64,000 nt of DNA, taken from assembly GCA_000092065.1 (NCBI GenBank), contig CP000596.1. The stretch is one strand, 5' to 3'. The position numbers and the translations under genes are program-made. The notes beneath the pieces were generated by a model. The model was not told the origin of the DNA. It did no database searches and saw only the letters and a program-made list of their open reading frames with translations. How positions within the stretch are numbered: position 1 is the first letter of the stretch; each line of letters starts with the position of its first letter. This DNA comes from Ostreococcus lucimarinus (Eukaryota). Shown here one piece after another: positions 46,269 to 56,554 of this stretch.

Positions 46269-48602
46269 CTACGCCTGGCGGTCGATCATGTACGTCACGG
46301 CGGTGACGACGTCGGCGGCGCGCTTGACGACGGTCTTCTCCATCTCGCTGGCGTACGGCACGGGGGCGTCCTCCATGCACAGACGCATCACGGGGGCGTC
46401 GAGCTCGTCGAAGAGGTTTTCGCCGACGAAGGCGCTCACGGTGGCGCCGACGCCGCCGGTGCGCGTGGATTCGTCGAGGATGACGAGCTTGTGCGTGCGC
46501 TGAAGACTGGTTTGGATGGTTTTCCAATCCACGGGCTTCATGCACGTGAGCTCGATGAAGTCGGCGTCGATGCCCTTGGTGTTGAGCTCCGCGATGGCTT
46601 CCTCGGTTTCCTTGACGCCGTGGAGGTAGGTGACGATGGTGACGGCTTTGTCGTTCTTGACGGATTCGTCGCTCGCCAAGTGGTGAACGGTGGACTTGTG
46701 GAGCGGGAGGAAAGAATCTGGCGTCACCGGTCCGCGAGATTTCATCATCTTCACCGGAAGCAACAGCACGCCCGGGCCGTTGTCGCGAATCATAGACTTG
46801 GCCAAGCCGTACGCCTCTTGAGGCTTGGACGCCGAGCAAATCTTCAAGCCGGGAATGCCCATGATGTACGCGTGGAACGGTTGCGAGTGTTCGGCGCCGA
46901 GAGATTGGTTCGGGGCGGTACCACCGGCACCGATGACGGTCATGGGCATTTGAAATTGCCCTCCAGTCGTCGCGTACGTGTTCCCGGCGGACGAGAGCTC
47001 AGCCATGCCGTAAATACCAAAGTTGGCATTCATGAGCTCGACGATGGGGCGGTAGCCGTTCATGGCCTCGCCCAAAGCCTTGCCCATGAAGTGACCTTCG
47101 TCAATGATTTCATCCGCCGCGCGAAGCGTGCCGAAGGCTTGCTGCGTGTTGGCTGGAATGTTGTAAGAAGAACCCGCTTGGAGATCTTCAGCGTGCGCCA
47201 CGCACGTCGGGTCGCGCAACATTTCTTCAAGAATGGCGAGGTTGACGGCGTCACCGATGGAGATCCCGCGCGGATCCAAGCACATCGCGCGAAGAGCTTC
47301 GATGCGTGCCTTGAGCGCGGCGAGCGTCTCCGCAGGCACGATTTTCTCCGTCACAGCCTCCGCCGAGGCGAGACCTTCGACGGGTTCGCGCGCGGCGTAG
47401 TCGACTTTGCCGCTCGGATCGGGGTACTCGAGCTCGGCAGCCAAGTTGGCGGGCGGCGGCGGAGAAGCATCGGCGAACGCCAAAGCGCGCTGAACTTCTT
47501 CCTTAGCCTTGGCAGTCTGTGCCCCGAGGTCGATGCGCTTGGCGTCGGCAGACTCTTCGAAAATCTTAATCGGGTCGCACTCGGCGCGCGCCCAACGCTT
47601 TTCATCCTTGCGGTTGCGCTCGTGCTCCGGATCAGCCGGAGAGTGCCCGTTGAATCGGAAAGTGTGCACTTGCAAGATCGCCGGACCTTTCGTGCGCACG
47701 TGCTTGATCGCTGCGCGACCGACGCGCAAGACATCTTGCACGTTTTGACCATCGACGAGCACGCCCGGAACGCCGTAGTGCTTGCCTTGGTTGAAAACCT
47801 CTTGGTTCGTCGCGACATCCTTGGTGAAGGTGTTGATCGCGCGACCGTTATCGATCACCAAGAAAAGAATCGGCAAGTTCTCCTTCGCCGCCGCGTTCAA
47901 GCACTCCGCCATGCGCCCGTTTTGGGCGCCACCTTCGCCGACGAAGACGACGGTGACGCGGTCGTGCGCGTCATCGCGCCCGAGCATCTTGTCGAGAACG
48001 ATGGATCGCGCCGCACCGACCGCGTACGGCAATTGCTCCGCGACGAGCGCCCATCCACCTTGAAAGTTCGTATCCATGTCGTACACGTGCATCGACCCCC
48101 CGGTACCTCGGCACGTGCCACCGTCCTTACCGAACAACTCCGCCATGACGGCGCCGCTATCCACGCCGCACGCCAAGGCGTGGCAATGGTCGCGGTAGTA
48201 GGAGTGCTTCAAATCATCCTTACGGATCGCGTCTGCCAGGAGCGCCGGAATCGACTCTTGACCGTTGTCAAGGTGCATGAAACCGCGAATCTTACCCGCC
48301 ATGTACGCTTGGTTGCACTCGTTTTCAAAGTCCCGGCACAACTGCATCGTGTAATACGCCTTATTCAAATCCTCATCACTCAAGTCCTCGCATCGCTTCA
48401 ACTCCTCGTCCGTCGCCCCAAACTCTTCCTTCAACACTTGCTTCGCCTTATCCCACGGCGTCTCGATGCGAAACCGCTCCAAATTCGCCGGCGGTCCCTT
48501 CGTCTTCGTCGCTCCCGCGCGCGCCGCCGTCCCTCGTCTCGCCGTCTTCGCGCCTCGCGCGACGTGCGCGCTCGTCGCGGTCGCCCGCATCACTCCTTGC
48601 AT
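46269..48602 (-). CDS. pyruvate (2-oxoacid) dehydrogenase E1 component, alpha and beta subunits fused in one ORF, with N-terminal presequence
   Basis: N-terminal half = E1 alpha (..YYTMQLCRDFENECNQAYMAGKIRGFMHLDNGQE..FVGEGGAQNG..HSPADPE..). C-terminal half = E1 beta (..NTYATTGGQFQMPMTVIGAGG..LKICSASKPQEAYGL..DELDAPVMRLCMEDAPVPYA..). 777 aa continuous. The 887-aa antisense + ORF is spurious. Confidence 0.8.
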   Translation of the reverse strand: MQGVMRATATSAHVARGAKTARRGTAARAGATKTKGPPANLERFRIETPWDKAKQVLKEEFGATDEELKRCEDLSDEDLNKAYYTMQLCRDFENECNQAYMAGKIRGFMHLDNGQESIPALLADAIRKDDLKHSYYRDHCHALACGVDSGAVMAELFGKDGGTCRGTGGSMHVYDMDTNFQGGWALVAEQLPYAVGAARSIVLDKMLGRDDAHDRVTVVFVGEGGAQNGRMAECLNAAAKENLPILFLVIDNGRAINTFTKDVATNQEVFNQGKHYGVPGVLVDGQNVQDVLRVGRAAIKHVRTKGPAILQVHTFRFNGHSPADPEHERNRKDEKRWARAECDPIKIFEESADAKRIDLGAQTAKAKEEVQRALAFADASPPPPANLAAELEYPDPSGKVDYAAREPVEGLASAEAVTEKIVPAETLAALKARIEALRAMCLDPRGISIGDAVNLAILEEMLRDPTCVAHAEDLQAGSSYNIPANTQQAFGTLRAADEIIDEGHFMGKALGEAMNGYRPIVELMNANFGIYGMAELSSAGNTYATTGGQFQMPMTVIGAGGTAPNQSLGAEHSQPFHAYIMGIPGLKICSASKPQEAYGLAKSMIRDNGPGVLLLPVKMMKSRGPVTPDSFLPLHKSTVHHLASDESVKNDKAVTIVTYLHGVKETEEAIAELNTKGIDADFIELTCMKPVDWKTIQTSLQRTHKLVILDESTRTGGVGATVSAFVGENLFDELDAPVMRLCMEDAPVPYASEMEKTVVKRAADVVTAVTYMIDRQA

Positions 48603-48999
48603 CGTTTGAGGTTTCCTTCGAGTTCTCGCGCGCTCGTTTCCTGCGTTCGCGCGTCGATCGCTCGTCAGTCGACGGATAACGCGCGCAAGATTGTCCCCGC
48701 CGCGATCGAGATTCGCGTCGCGCGCGCGCGCCGCGCGCGTCGCGGCGCCGCGCCGACCGCGGCGTCGGCGCGAGCGCTCGATTCGCGCGCGTTCGCGTCG
48801 ACCGTTCGCGTCGAGAGTCGCGCGTCGCGCGCACCGAGACGACGAGAAGTGCCGCGCGCGCCGCGGAATGCGAGGTTTCCGCGAGTCAAAGTCCCCGTCG
48901 CTGAGTCCTGACTCGTCGATTGGACGGACGGGATAAAAAGCGGCTCGAAAAGCGCTCGCGGGACGCGCGACGACGCCCGCGCGACGGACAACACGATTT

Positions 49000-49837
49000 C
49001 TACACGATGGCTAATGAATTAGAGTGCACGAAACGCACGGCGTAAAAGATCCACGCCAACGGACCGACGATCCACACGAGGTTGGCGGCGAAGACGACGA
49101 CTTTGCTCGTCGCGGACGCGCCGACGTCGTAGCGATTGTAGCAATAGTTGCAATAGTACATCACGGTGCCGTAAAACATTTGATAATTCATCACGATGGC
49201 GACGATGCCGACCGAGCGCGGGGTGAAAGACGCGATCATGGGGACCTCGGGCCAGGACGTGACGGCGATGGAGAGCGCGACGGTGGGGACGAGCATGGTG
49301 AAGCCGTTGCCGACGTCTATCCAAAAGCTCCACGACGTGTGCTGGACGTACGACGGATCGAGACTGGCGTACTGCGCGAACACGATCGACCAGTGCTTCA
49401 GCGACAGCGCTTGCGCGAGCGTAATATCTTCAAATAAACATAACGGTCTCGGGAGCACCTGCGCGCGCGTTCGTCATCGCGCGTCGTCAGTCCGTTCGTC
49501 GTCATTCGTCCCGTTCAAACGTCGCCGTCCCGCGCGCGTCCTCCGCGTCTGCGCGTCCGTTCGCCTCGCCATCGCGCACCCTGTTCCCGAACTTTTTCAG
49601 GTACCCGCGGTGTAGCTTTTGCACGTTCGCGCGGTGCGTCCAGAGCGCGATCTCCCACACGCATATCAGCGCGTTCACGGCGTTGAACAGTAACAACAGC
49701 GCCAGCTTCGGGTTCGCCTCGCGCGCGAGCGCCTCGACGACGCTCGCGCTCGGCGGCGCGCGCGATCGCGCGTCGGCGCACACGAACGGGAGCCAGAGCG
49801 TCGCGACGAAGCCGCAGACGTAGACCGCGGCGAGCAT
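49000..49837 (-). CDS. EBP/EXPERA-family-like multi-pass membrane protein (sterol isomerase-like), two exons (~49580..49837 and 49000..49458)
   Basis: Exon 1 MLAAVYVCGFVATLWLPFV..NALICVWEIALW..KKFGNR |GTGCGCGATGG, ~121-nt intron, acceptor cgcgcgcag|. Exon 2 VLPRPLCLFEDITLAQALSLKHWSIVFAQYASLDPSY.. parallels EBP ..[24 protein letters not shown].. Four or more TM helices. Confidence 0.4.
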
Positions 49838-50074
49838 CGCGCGCGGACGCGAACCGTCGCGCGCGCGAGAGTGCGGACGGACGCTCGAGTCGAGCCGACG
49901 CGCGGCGACGGGACAGCGCGACGCGGCCGCGGACGGGACGTCCGACGGAGGCGCGCGACGCGCGAACGCGCGGTGAGAATATTTTAGCGACTCGACTCGG
50001 ACGGGACGACGCGCTCGGCGCGCGCGACGCGACGGACGCGGGCGACGAGGCGCTCGGGAAGACGAGCGGACACA

Positions 50075-51163
50075 ATGGCGTTTTCGCCGACGGCGCGCGC
50101 GACGCCGGATGGGTTGGACCTGGTGCTGTTCGACGTCGACGACGACGACGGTGGGTTTGATTTTAGCGACCACGGCGAGACGGGGACGGACGACGTGCCG
50201 TTCGACGCCGACGCGTGGGACGACGTGCTGAATGCGTTCGACGCGTATCGCGAAGACGCGAGCGCGTTCGACGTCGACGCGTTCGGATGCGCGGCTTGGC
50301 CGGACTTGGACGGTGAAGCGAAGGACGACGATGATTTCGATGGTTACGATGCGTCGCGGCGAAACGCGGCCAAGGCGGTGCGCGAACACGTCGCGAGCGC
50401 GCTGAGAGACGCGCTGAGCGCCTGCGAGAGCGAATTGAGCTGGGCGAGCGACGAGGGCGAATGGGAGACGAAGAGACGCGAAGCGGAGGATGCGGCAAAG
50501 GCGATCAAGTACGTGCGATCGCGCGTGTACGCGCGATTGCGTGCGCTGGGAGCGTCGACCGACACCGCGACGACGAATCGTTTGAAGATGTTGCGCGACA
50601 TGTTCGTCGCAGAGCTTCGAACGTTCGCCGCGCGCGCCGACGCGCTCGAGCGCCGCGCGGCGGAGACGCTCGTCTCGAAGAACTTATGCTTGAATCTGCC
50701 CGATCCGAAGTTGATGTTGAAGAAGAAGTTCAATACCACACTCACGAGTGTGCTTGATTCGTTCGACGCGGCCTTCGAACACGTCGTGGCCAAGGCCAAG
50801 ACGCCCTCGACCAAGGCGCGCGCCGCCGCATCTCGACAATCTGAACAAAATTCGGGTAACTCAAACGCCGTGGAGCAGCAAACCGCACAGGGAAGACACG
50901 AGACGCACGCGAAGAAGATCTTGTCCGCGTGGCTCTGGGATCATTTCTACCCGACGGACGAGCGCTTGAAACCGATTCCGACGCGCGCGGAAAAAGAAGA
51001 TCTCGCGCGCCAGACGGGATTGACGACGACGCAAGTGGGCGACTGGTTCGTCAACGCTCGCGCACGTTTATGGAAACCTTACATCGAAGGCTTAATTCGC
51101 GGCGTGTATAACGACGCCACGGTGAAGAAAGCGCTCGACTTGCAAGCCGAGGCGGCGGCGTAA
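50075..51163 (+). CDS. TALE-class (BELL-like) homeobox transcription factor
   Basis: Homeodomain ..ILSAWLWDHFYPTDERLKPIPTRAEKEDLARQTGLTTTQVGDWFVNARARLWKP with the 3-aa loop extension and WF-NAR-RLWKP signature. Acidic N-terminus. Confidence 0.75.
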   Translation: MAFSPTARATPDGLDLVLFDVDDDDGGFDFSDHGETGTDDVPFDADAWDDVLNAFDAYREDASAFDVDAFGCAAWPDLDGEAKDDDDFDGYDASRRNAAKAVREHVASALRDALSACESELSWASDEGEWETKRREAEDAAKAIKYVRSRVYARLRALGASTDTATTNRLKMLRDMFVAELRTFAARADALERRAAETLVSKNLCLNLPDPKLMLKKKFNTTLTSVLDSFDAAFEHVVAKAKTPSTKARAAASRQSEQNSGNSNAVEQQTAQGRHETHAKKILSAWLWDHFYPTDERLKPIPTRAEKEDLARQTGLTTTQVGDWFVNARARLWKPYIEGLIRGVYNDATVKKALDLQAEAAA

Positions 51164-51275
51164 AGCGTTCGCGTCGACGGCGAAGAGTCGCTCAAATATA
51201 ATCACAAAATAATCAACCGCACCGCGCGCGCGGTTCCTCTAGTCGGCGCGCATCGAGTCATGCGGGCCGTCGTAT

Positions 51276-51848
51276 TTAAATGACGAGCGCTTCGTCCGTG
51301 GCGTCTTGCATCTGCGCGTCCCGTTCGGCTTGATACTCCAAGAACTCTTCGCTCGGCTTTGGGTGCTTTTGTCCCTCCTCGCTGTCGTAAAAGTCCTTCA
51401 CCTTGGGAATGTGTTCGGGAACGATCACCTGCCCGACGTAATTCGGATCCGCGCCGTGCTGCTTCAACTTTTCCATCATCTCTTCGTCTTGAATGTTCTC
51501 CGCCCACTGATACGCGGTATCCCCGGCGTTATTGCTCGCGTTCACCTTGGCGCCGAGCTCGACCAACGCGTCCACGCCCTCGCACCACCCCTCGTACGCC
51601 GCGCACATGATCGGCGTCGATCCCGCGCCGTCCACCTCATTCACGTCGACCCCTTCCGCGATCAATCGTCTCACCAGCGTCTCATCGCGATTGAACACCG
51701 CTCGATGAATCTTCATCTCTCCCACCGTGCCTCGCCCTCGCATCGACCCACCGCCGTCCGCCTTCACGCCCACGCACCCGTACCGCTCCGGAAACGGTCC
51801 CTTGACCCGCTTGTACCACGGGTCGATCTCCGTCTCGTTCCCGCTCAT
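51276..51848 (-). CDS. ankyrin-repeat protein
   Basis: Three or more ANK repeats (..DETLVRRLIAEGVDVNEVDGAGSTPIMCAAYEGWCEGVDALVELGAKVNASNNAGDTAYQWA..). Confidence 0.7.
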   Translation of the reverse strand: MSGNETEIDPWYKRVKGPFPERYGCVGVKADGGGSMRGRGTVGEMKIHRAVFNRDETLVRRLIAEGVDVNEVDGAGSTPIMCAAYEGWCEGVDALVELGAKVNASNNAGDTAYQWAENIQDEEMMEKLKQHGADPNYVGQVIVPEHIPKVKDFYDSEEGQKHPKPSEEFLEYQAERDAQMQDATDEALVI

Positions 51849-52111
51849 CCCGCGTCGCGTCCCGCGTCGTCGCGCGTCGTCGTGTGCCGACGCGCGCGCG
51901 CACCGCTCGAGCGTTACGCTCGAAAACGCCTCGAAAACGCCTCGGCGTCCGCCGGCGCCGCGGTCGCCGCGCGCGATCGCGCGTTCGCGCGCGCGCGTCG
52001 CGCGACGCCTCGCGCGCGTCGTCCGCGCCGTCCCGCCGCGCGAGCGCGCGTCGAGCGCGCGCCGCGCGCGCGCGAACCGACACTCTGCGAATCAGCGATC
52101 GTTCGCGCGCC

Positions 52112-53407
52112 ATGGGCGTCGCCGCGAGCGCGCGCGCGTCGCGTCCGAGCGACTTCGTCGACGCCGACGACGACGACGCGTGGCGTCGCGCCGACGCGGG
52201 CGCGCGCGCGCGACGAGGGCGCCGCGAGACGAGCGCGGGGTCGTTCAGCGCGATCCCATCGGTGAGCTCGTTCGGCGGCGGATTGATGAACTACGAGCGG
52301 CAGGGCGCGCGCGTCACGCGACGGTCGCCGTCGAACGAGGGCGGTGACGTCGAGCAGGGACTGGCGGACTGGGGGCGGGACGACGCGTCGATCTCGCCCG
52401 GCGCGACGAAGCGCGCGAGCGGGGCGACGCCGGCGCGGGTGTGGGGACGCGAATTGCGCCTGAGCGAGGGCGCGCTGCTGGCGACGCTGAGCGCGGGGGC
52501 GCTGTTCGCGTACGTCGCGTTCACGATGACGCAGGAGGGGGTGTTCAGGAGGGCGACGAAGGAGTTTAAATACGGCGGCGCGGTGTCGCTGTGCACGTGC
52601 CTGGTGTACTGCGCGCTGGCGCAGTGCGAACGCGTCAGTAACGGCGATCACGGCGCGCGAAGGGGGAATTTGAAAGATTACGCGATGTTGAGCGTGATGA
52701 CGAGCGGATCGATGTATCTCACGAACGCGGCGTTGAGTTACATCAACTACACGACGAGAATAGTCGCCAAGTGTTCAAAGGTGATACCGGTGATGATCGT
52801 GGGGACGTTTATGCACGGTAGACGGTATGGATCGGAGGATTACGCCATGTGCGTGTTACTCGTGATTGGGATCACGATGTTCACCATGGGTGATGTGGAT
52901 TCGTTTCCGAATTTTAATTATCGCGGGGTGACGTACATCACCATCGCGCTGTTCACGGAGAGCACGGCGGGGAATTTTGAGGAACGACGCTTCTTCAACA
53001 TTCCTCAACCAATCTCGCACTGCGAGGTGGTGTTTTACGTCAACGCTATCGGAAGCGCGTGGATCGCGCTCGGTTTGTTCGCCTCGGGCGAGCTCTTCAC
53101 CGCCGTCGCGCACTTGCTCGGCGAACCCGACGTGCTCGCGGCGATTTGCGTCGCCGCCGCCTTCGGATACATCTCCGTCACGTGCATCTTGCTCTGTCTC
53201 CGTCACTACGGCGCCACGAACACCGAGGTGATCAAAGCCGTGCGTAAGATGCTATCTTTGGCGTTATCACTCGTGGTGTACCCGAAACCGATGGGGTGGA
53301 AGTACGTCGTCGGCACCGGCGCCACCGCGACGGCTCTGTTCGGCCTGTACAAAATCAAAATGCGACGCCTTCGTCTCGCCGGCGGCTCCATGGAGGCCGC
53401 CAAATAG
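52112..53407 (+). CDS. UAA/SLC35B-type nucleotide-sugar (or adenosine phosphosulfate-type) transporter
   Basis: ATG 52112 (MGVAASARAS..). About 10 TM helices with UAA-transporter-like blocks (..TRIVAKCSKVIPVMIVG.., ..FYVNAIGSAWIALGL..). The ORF-track N-terminus is a low-complexity extension. Confidence 0.55.
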   Translation: MGVAASARASRPSDFVDADDDDAWRRADAGARARRGRRETSAGSFSAIPSVSSFGGGLMNYERQGARVTRRSPSNEGGDVEQGLADWGRDDASISPGATKRASGATPARVWGRELRLSEGALLATLSAGALFAYVAFTMTQEGVFRRATKEFKYGGAVSLCTCLVYCALAQCERVSNGDHGARRGNLKDYAMLSVMTSGSMYLTNAALSYINYTTRIVAKCSKVIPVMIVGTFMHGRRYGSEDYAMCVLLVIGITMFTMGDVDSFPNFNYRGVTYITIALFTESTAGNFEERRFFNIPQPISHCEVVFYVNAIGSAWIALGLFASGELFTAVAHLLGEPDVLAAICVAAAFGYISVTCILLCLRHYGATNTEVIKAVRKMLSLALSLVVYPKPMGWKYVVGTGATATALFGLYKIKMRRLRLAGGSMEAAK

Positions 53408-53583
53408 TTCCATTTCTCTGTAGTTCTATTCTTTTCGACCTCGTTCGTCCCGACGGCGCGCGTCATCGATCGACCGAGCGACGTCCTTCGCGTCCCGGAC
53501 CAACCGTCTCGCCGCGTCCCGCGTCCCCGACCTCACTCGTCGTCGCGGCGTCGCCGCGCGCGCACCGCCGCGCGCCGCGCGCC

Positions 53584-54252
53584 ATGGGTCCCGCGCGCGT
53601 GCACCGCGTGTTCCGCGACGCGCGGCAGACGAATCAGCGCGACGCGGCGGAGTTGATTTCGATTCAACCGCTCGACTACGAGCAGTGGCTCGCCGCGTGG
53701 AGCGGAAACGAGGGCGAGGATCCGTTTTCGAGCGGTGCCGCGACGGCGGCGACGGCGGAAGAGCTCGCGCGCGTCGTGGTGCGCGCGCGCGAGGGCGGGG
53801 AGAGCGCGGACGCGTGCGCGATATGCTTGACGGCGATGCGGGACGGCGACGAGGAGTCGCGCATGCCTTGCGGACACGGATTTCATCCGCGGTGCGTCGA
53901 GAAATGGCTCGCGCGGTCGAAGTGCTGCCCGCAGTGTCGACGGTCGTTGGCGGACGCGGAGAGCGCGCGCGGTGAGGCGAGGGCGAGTGGGAGGGACATA
54001 CCCGAGGACGCGGCGCCGACGCCGGCGAATATACCGTGGTCGGCGACGAGCGATCGAGAGTCGAACGAAACGACGGAAATCGAGCGGCGGGAGCGGTATG
54101 CATCGACGCTACCTGTGCTTCATGAGCTGAGGAGGGAGTTTGAGTTAGTGTTGAGGCGAAACGTCGTAGATAGTGAGGTTCCAGAGCGCGGGGCGTCGCG
54201 CGTCAAGGAGGCGCTGCGAGGGCTGCTGACGAACGAGACGCCGCAGCCGTGA
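53584..54252 (+). CDS. RING-H2 E3 ubiquitin ligase-like protein
   Basis: CAICLTAMRDGDEESRMPCGHGFHPRCVEKWLARSKCCPQC (C3H2C3). ATG at 53584. Confidence 0.7.
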   Translation: MGPARVHRVFRDARQTNQRDAAELISIQPLDYEQWLAAWSGNEGEDPFSSGAATAATAEELARVVVRAREGGESADACAICLTAMRDGDEESRMPCGHGFHPRCVEKWLARSKCCPQCRRSLADAESARGEARASGRDIPEDAAPTPANIPWSATSDRESNETTEIERRERYASTLPVLHELRREFELVLRRNVVDSEVPERGASRVKEALRGLLTNETPQP

Positions 54253-54312
54253 GGGCGTGTGAACTGCGCTGTATATCAATGTAAATTAAGTTTGAGGAGT
54301 GTTATGTACAAT

Positions 54313-56241
54313 CTATCGACGGCTTCGTCGCGTCGTCGGTGCTTTGTGTGTGCCCTCGACTTCGACGGGCGCAGGCGTCGTCGCTTCCACGAGCGCGTCG
54401 AGGTCCACGTCGTCGATATCCATCTTGTCGACGGCTTCTTGCGCGTTGGCGGCATCCGACGGCGGCGCTTCGAGCAAAGCTGCCAAAAATATATCCTCGT
54501 CCGCGCTCGACTTCTTAATGTCTAACGAACCCCAGCCGAGGAACGAGAAGACTTCGGTGCACGAGCACGCGTCGGCGCGAGTCTTGCGTTTCTTCCGCGT
54601 GGGCGACATCGCACCGTCTAAATCCTGTAAGACTTCATTCAAACGGAACGATCGCGCACCACCTTGACTGGTGAAAATTTTGCTTTGTGAGCTGTGAGAA
54701 TCTTGACTCGTCGCGGGCGAATGCGCCTCTTGAAGGTCGTGAACGATTTCTTTCGCCGCTTCATGAAAATCCTCGGGCATGGATTTGTCATTCAGAGAAT
54801 TTTGTTTCGGCGTCGTTGCGAACCGCGGGGTCTCCTCGAACTCCATCGCCGTCCCTTCTTGAACTTTGTCCAACTCTTCGAGCTGTTCGACGTCCACCAT
54901 CGCCGGTTTAGCGTCTAAAGCCGTGCGCCGCGACATGACGACTTTGTGACGAACCTGGAACTCGGCGCCGAGGCGTCCGGCGATGCGGAAACTTTGCTCG
55001 GCGGTGTCCCACTCTTGGCGCGAGCACGCGACTTCGGCGATGCGCAGAAATCCCGCGGCAAATTCTCGAAGTTTCGAATCTCGCATGAGCTTGCGAACGT
55101 TCTTCCAAGCCTTAGTGCTCTGATCGTTACGAAGTTGACAAAGCACTCGGTTCGTCGCGAGGATGGGCTCGAGCGCGTCGAGCGCGTCCGAGACTTCGTC
55201 TTCGGCCGAGTTCGCGATGACGTTCAGGCCGCACGAATACAGCTCCGATGCACCGCCGAAATGACCGACCCAAGAGAACACGTTCCCGATGGTCAAGCAC
55301 ACGCACGATCGATCGTACGCGCTCAAATTGTCAAATCCGGCGAGGAGAAAGGCGTTGTCGAGCCAAGTAACCTTGGACTGGTCGACCTGCTTCTCATCAG
55401 CGCCCGCATCAGCCTCGGGCGAGGTGCTGGCTTTTTGTGATTCCATGTTTTTCATCACGAAAATGGTCTTCGCGCGCTCGAGGAATAATATGCGATCGCG
55501 GTACATGCGCTCGTCGTCGCGCCCGGCGAAAAGCACGCCCGAGCCGTACAGCATCGACTGACGCGCTCGCACCCAATCCTCCTCTTCTATGCACTTCGAC
55601 GCGCTCGGTCGAGCGGTGACCGCGGTCAACTCATCCGCCGAGTCCCCTTCGAAATCTTCGCTTCGAATCGAACCGTTCATTTGCTTCCCCTTGAGCGTCT
55701 CCGCCGTCTTCGCGTACTCCTCCGCCAAATCGCCCGCCGCTTCCGTCTCCTTCAAGACGATTCCCATGCGTTCGTGCATCTTCGCCCCATCCGGCGCGCA
55801 ATCCAACGCCGCTTCCGCATCTCTCAACGCCTCGCACCACCGTCCCGATCGAAGCCGCGCCACCGCCCGTCCACTCAGCGCCGTCCCCGCGCACGCTCGA
55901 TACGCCACCACCGCGCACTCCCCTCGCTTCGCCGTCGTCCCTCCCTCCAGCATCCCGCACGCGTTCGCCACCAGCGCCGACACCTCCGCGCGCCCGTTCA
56001 TCCACGCTTTCACGCATTTCTTCAGGCACTCGTCGTACGCCGTCACCGCGCGATCGTGGTCCCCCTCGCCCAGCGCGCGCTCGCCCCTCGCCAGCGCGTC
56101 CAGCGCGTCCAGCAGCGTCCCCTCCCGCGCGCTCGCGCTCGCCGTCGCCCCGCTCCCGTCGCGCTCGATCCTGGCCGCCAGTTCCACCAGATCGACGTTC
56201 AGCGCGCGCGCGCGCTCGAGCGCGCGCTCCAGCGCCGACAT
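54313..56241 (-). CDS. TPR-repeat protein
   Basis: 642 aa. Several TPR-like helical pairs near the N-terminus (..AVTAYDECLKKCVKAW.., ..WCEALRDAEAALDCAPDGAKMHERMGIVL..) and an acidic C-terminus. Confidence 0.5.
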   Translation of the reverse strand: MSALERALERARALNVDLVELAARIERDGSGATASASAREGTLLDALDALARGERALGEGDHDRAVTAYDECLKKCVKAWMNGRAEVSALVANACGMLEGGTTAKRGECAVVAYRACAGTALSGRAVARLRSGRWCEALRDAEAALDCAPDGAKMHERMGIVLKETEAAGDLAEEYAKTAETLKGKQMNGSIRSEDFEGDSADELTAVTARPSASKCIEEEDWVRARQSMLYGSGVLFAGRDDERMYRDRILFLERAKTIFVMKNMESQKASTSPEADAGADEKQVDQSKVTWLDNAFLLAGFDNLSAYDRSCVCLTIGNVFSWVGHFGGASELYSCGLNVIANSAEDEVSDALDALEPILATNRVLCQLRNDQSTKAWKNVRKLMRDSKLREFAAGFLRIAEVACSRQEWDTAEQSFRIAGRLGAEFQVRHKVVMSRRTALDAKPAMVDVEQLEELDKVQEGTAMEFEETPRFATTPKQNSLNDKSMPEDFHEAAKEIVHDLQEAHSPATSQDSHSSQSKIFTSQGGARSFRLNEVLQDLDGAMSPTRKKRKTRADACSCTEVFSFLGWGSLDIKKSSADEDIFLAALLEAPPSDAANAQEAVDKMDIDDVDLDALVEATTPAPVEVEGTHKAPTTRRSRR

Positions 56242-56554
56242 CGCGGCGCGGCGTCGCCGATTGTTTCAGAATTTAATTTGATTGAAGAGTTCGCCTCGCG
56301 AATGAAACGCGCTTCGCTCGCGATGCGCGTCCCTGGCGCGTCGCGGACGCGCGTCGAGCGCTTTGAAGCGTCGCGCGCGCGCGTCGCGCGTCGTTCGAGG
56401 CGCGCGCGCGCGTCGCGCGTCGTTTTGGCGACGCGGCGACCGACCGCGATGGCGCGTTGCGCGCAGAAAAAATCTTTGTATGGGTAAACAGTGTGGACGT
56501 TAAAACCAGCGGGACATCCCTCGCGCGCGGCCGCGCGCGCGACGGCAGACGGCG

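Noticed and set aside
46248-48911. 887-aa + strand ORF, the longest ORF in the window apart from the Sec7 gene
   Set aside because: It lies antisense to the well-supported PDH E1 alpha-beta gene and translates to R/A/G/V-rich low-complexity sequence. GC-rich DNA is stop-codon-poor on the antisense strand. No recognisable motifs
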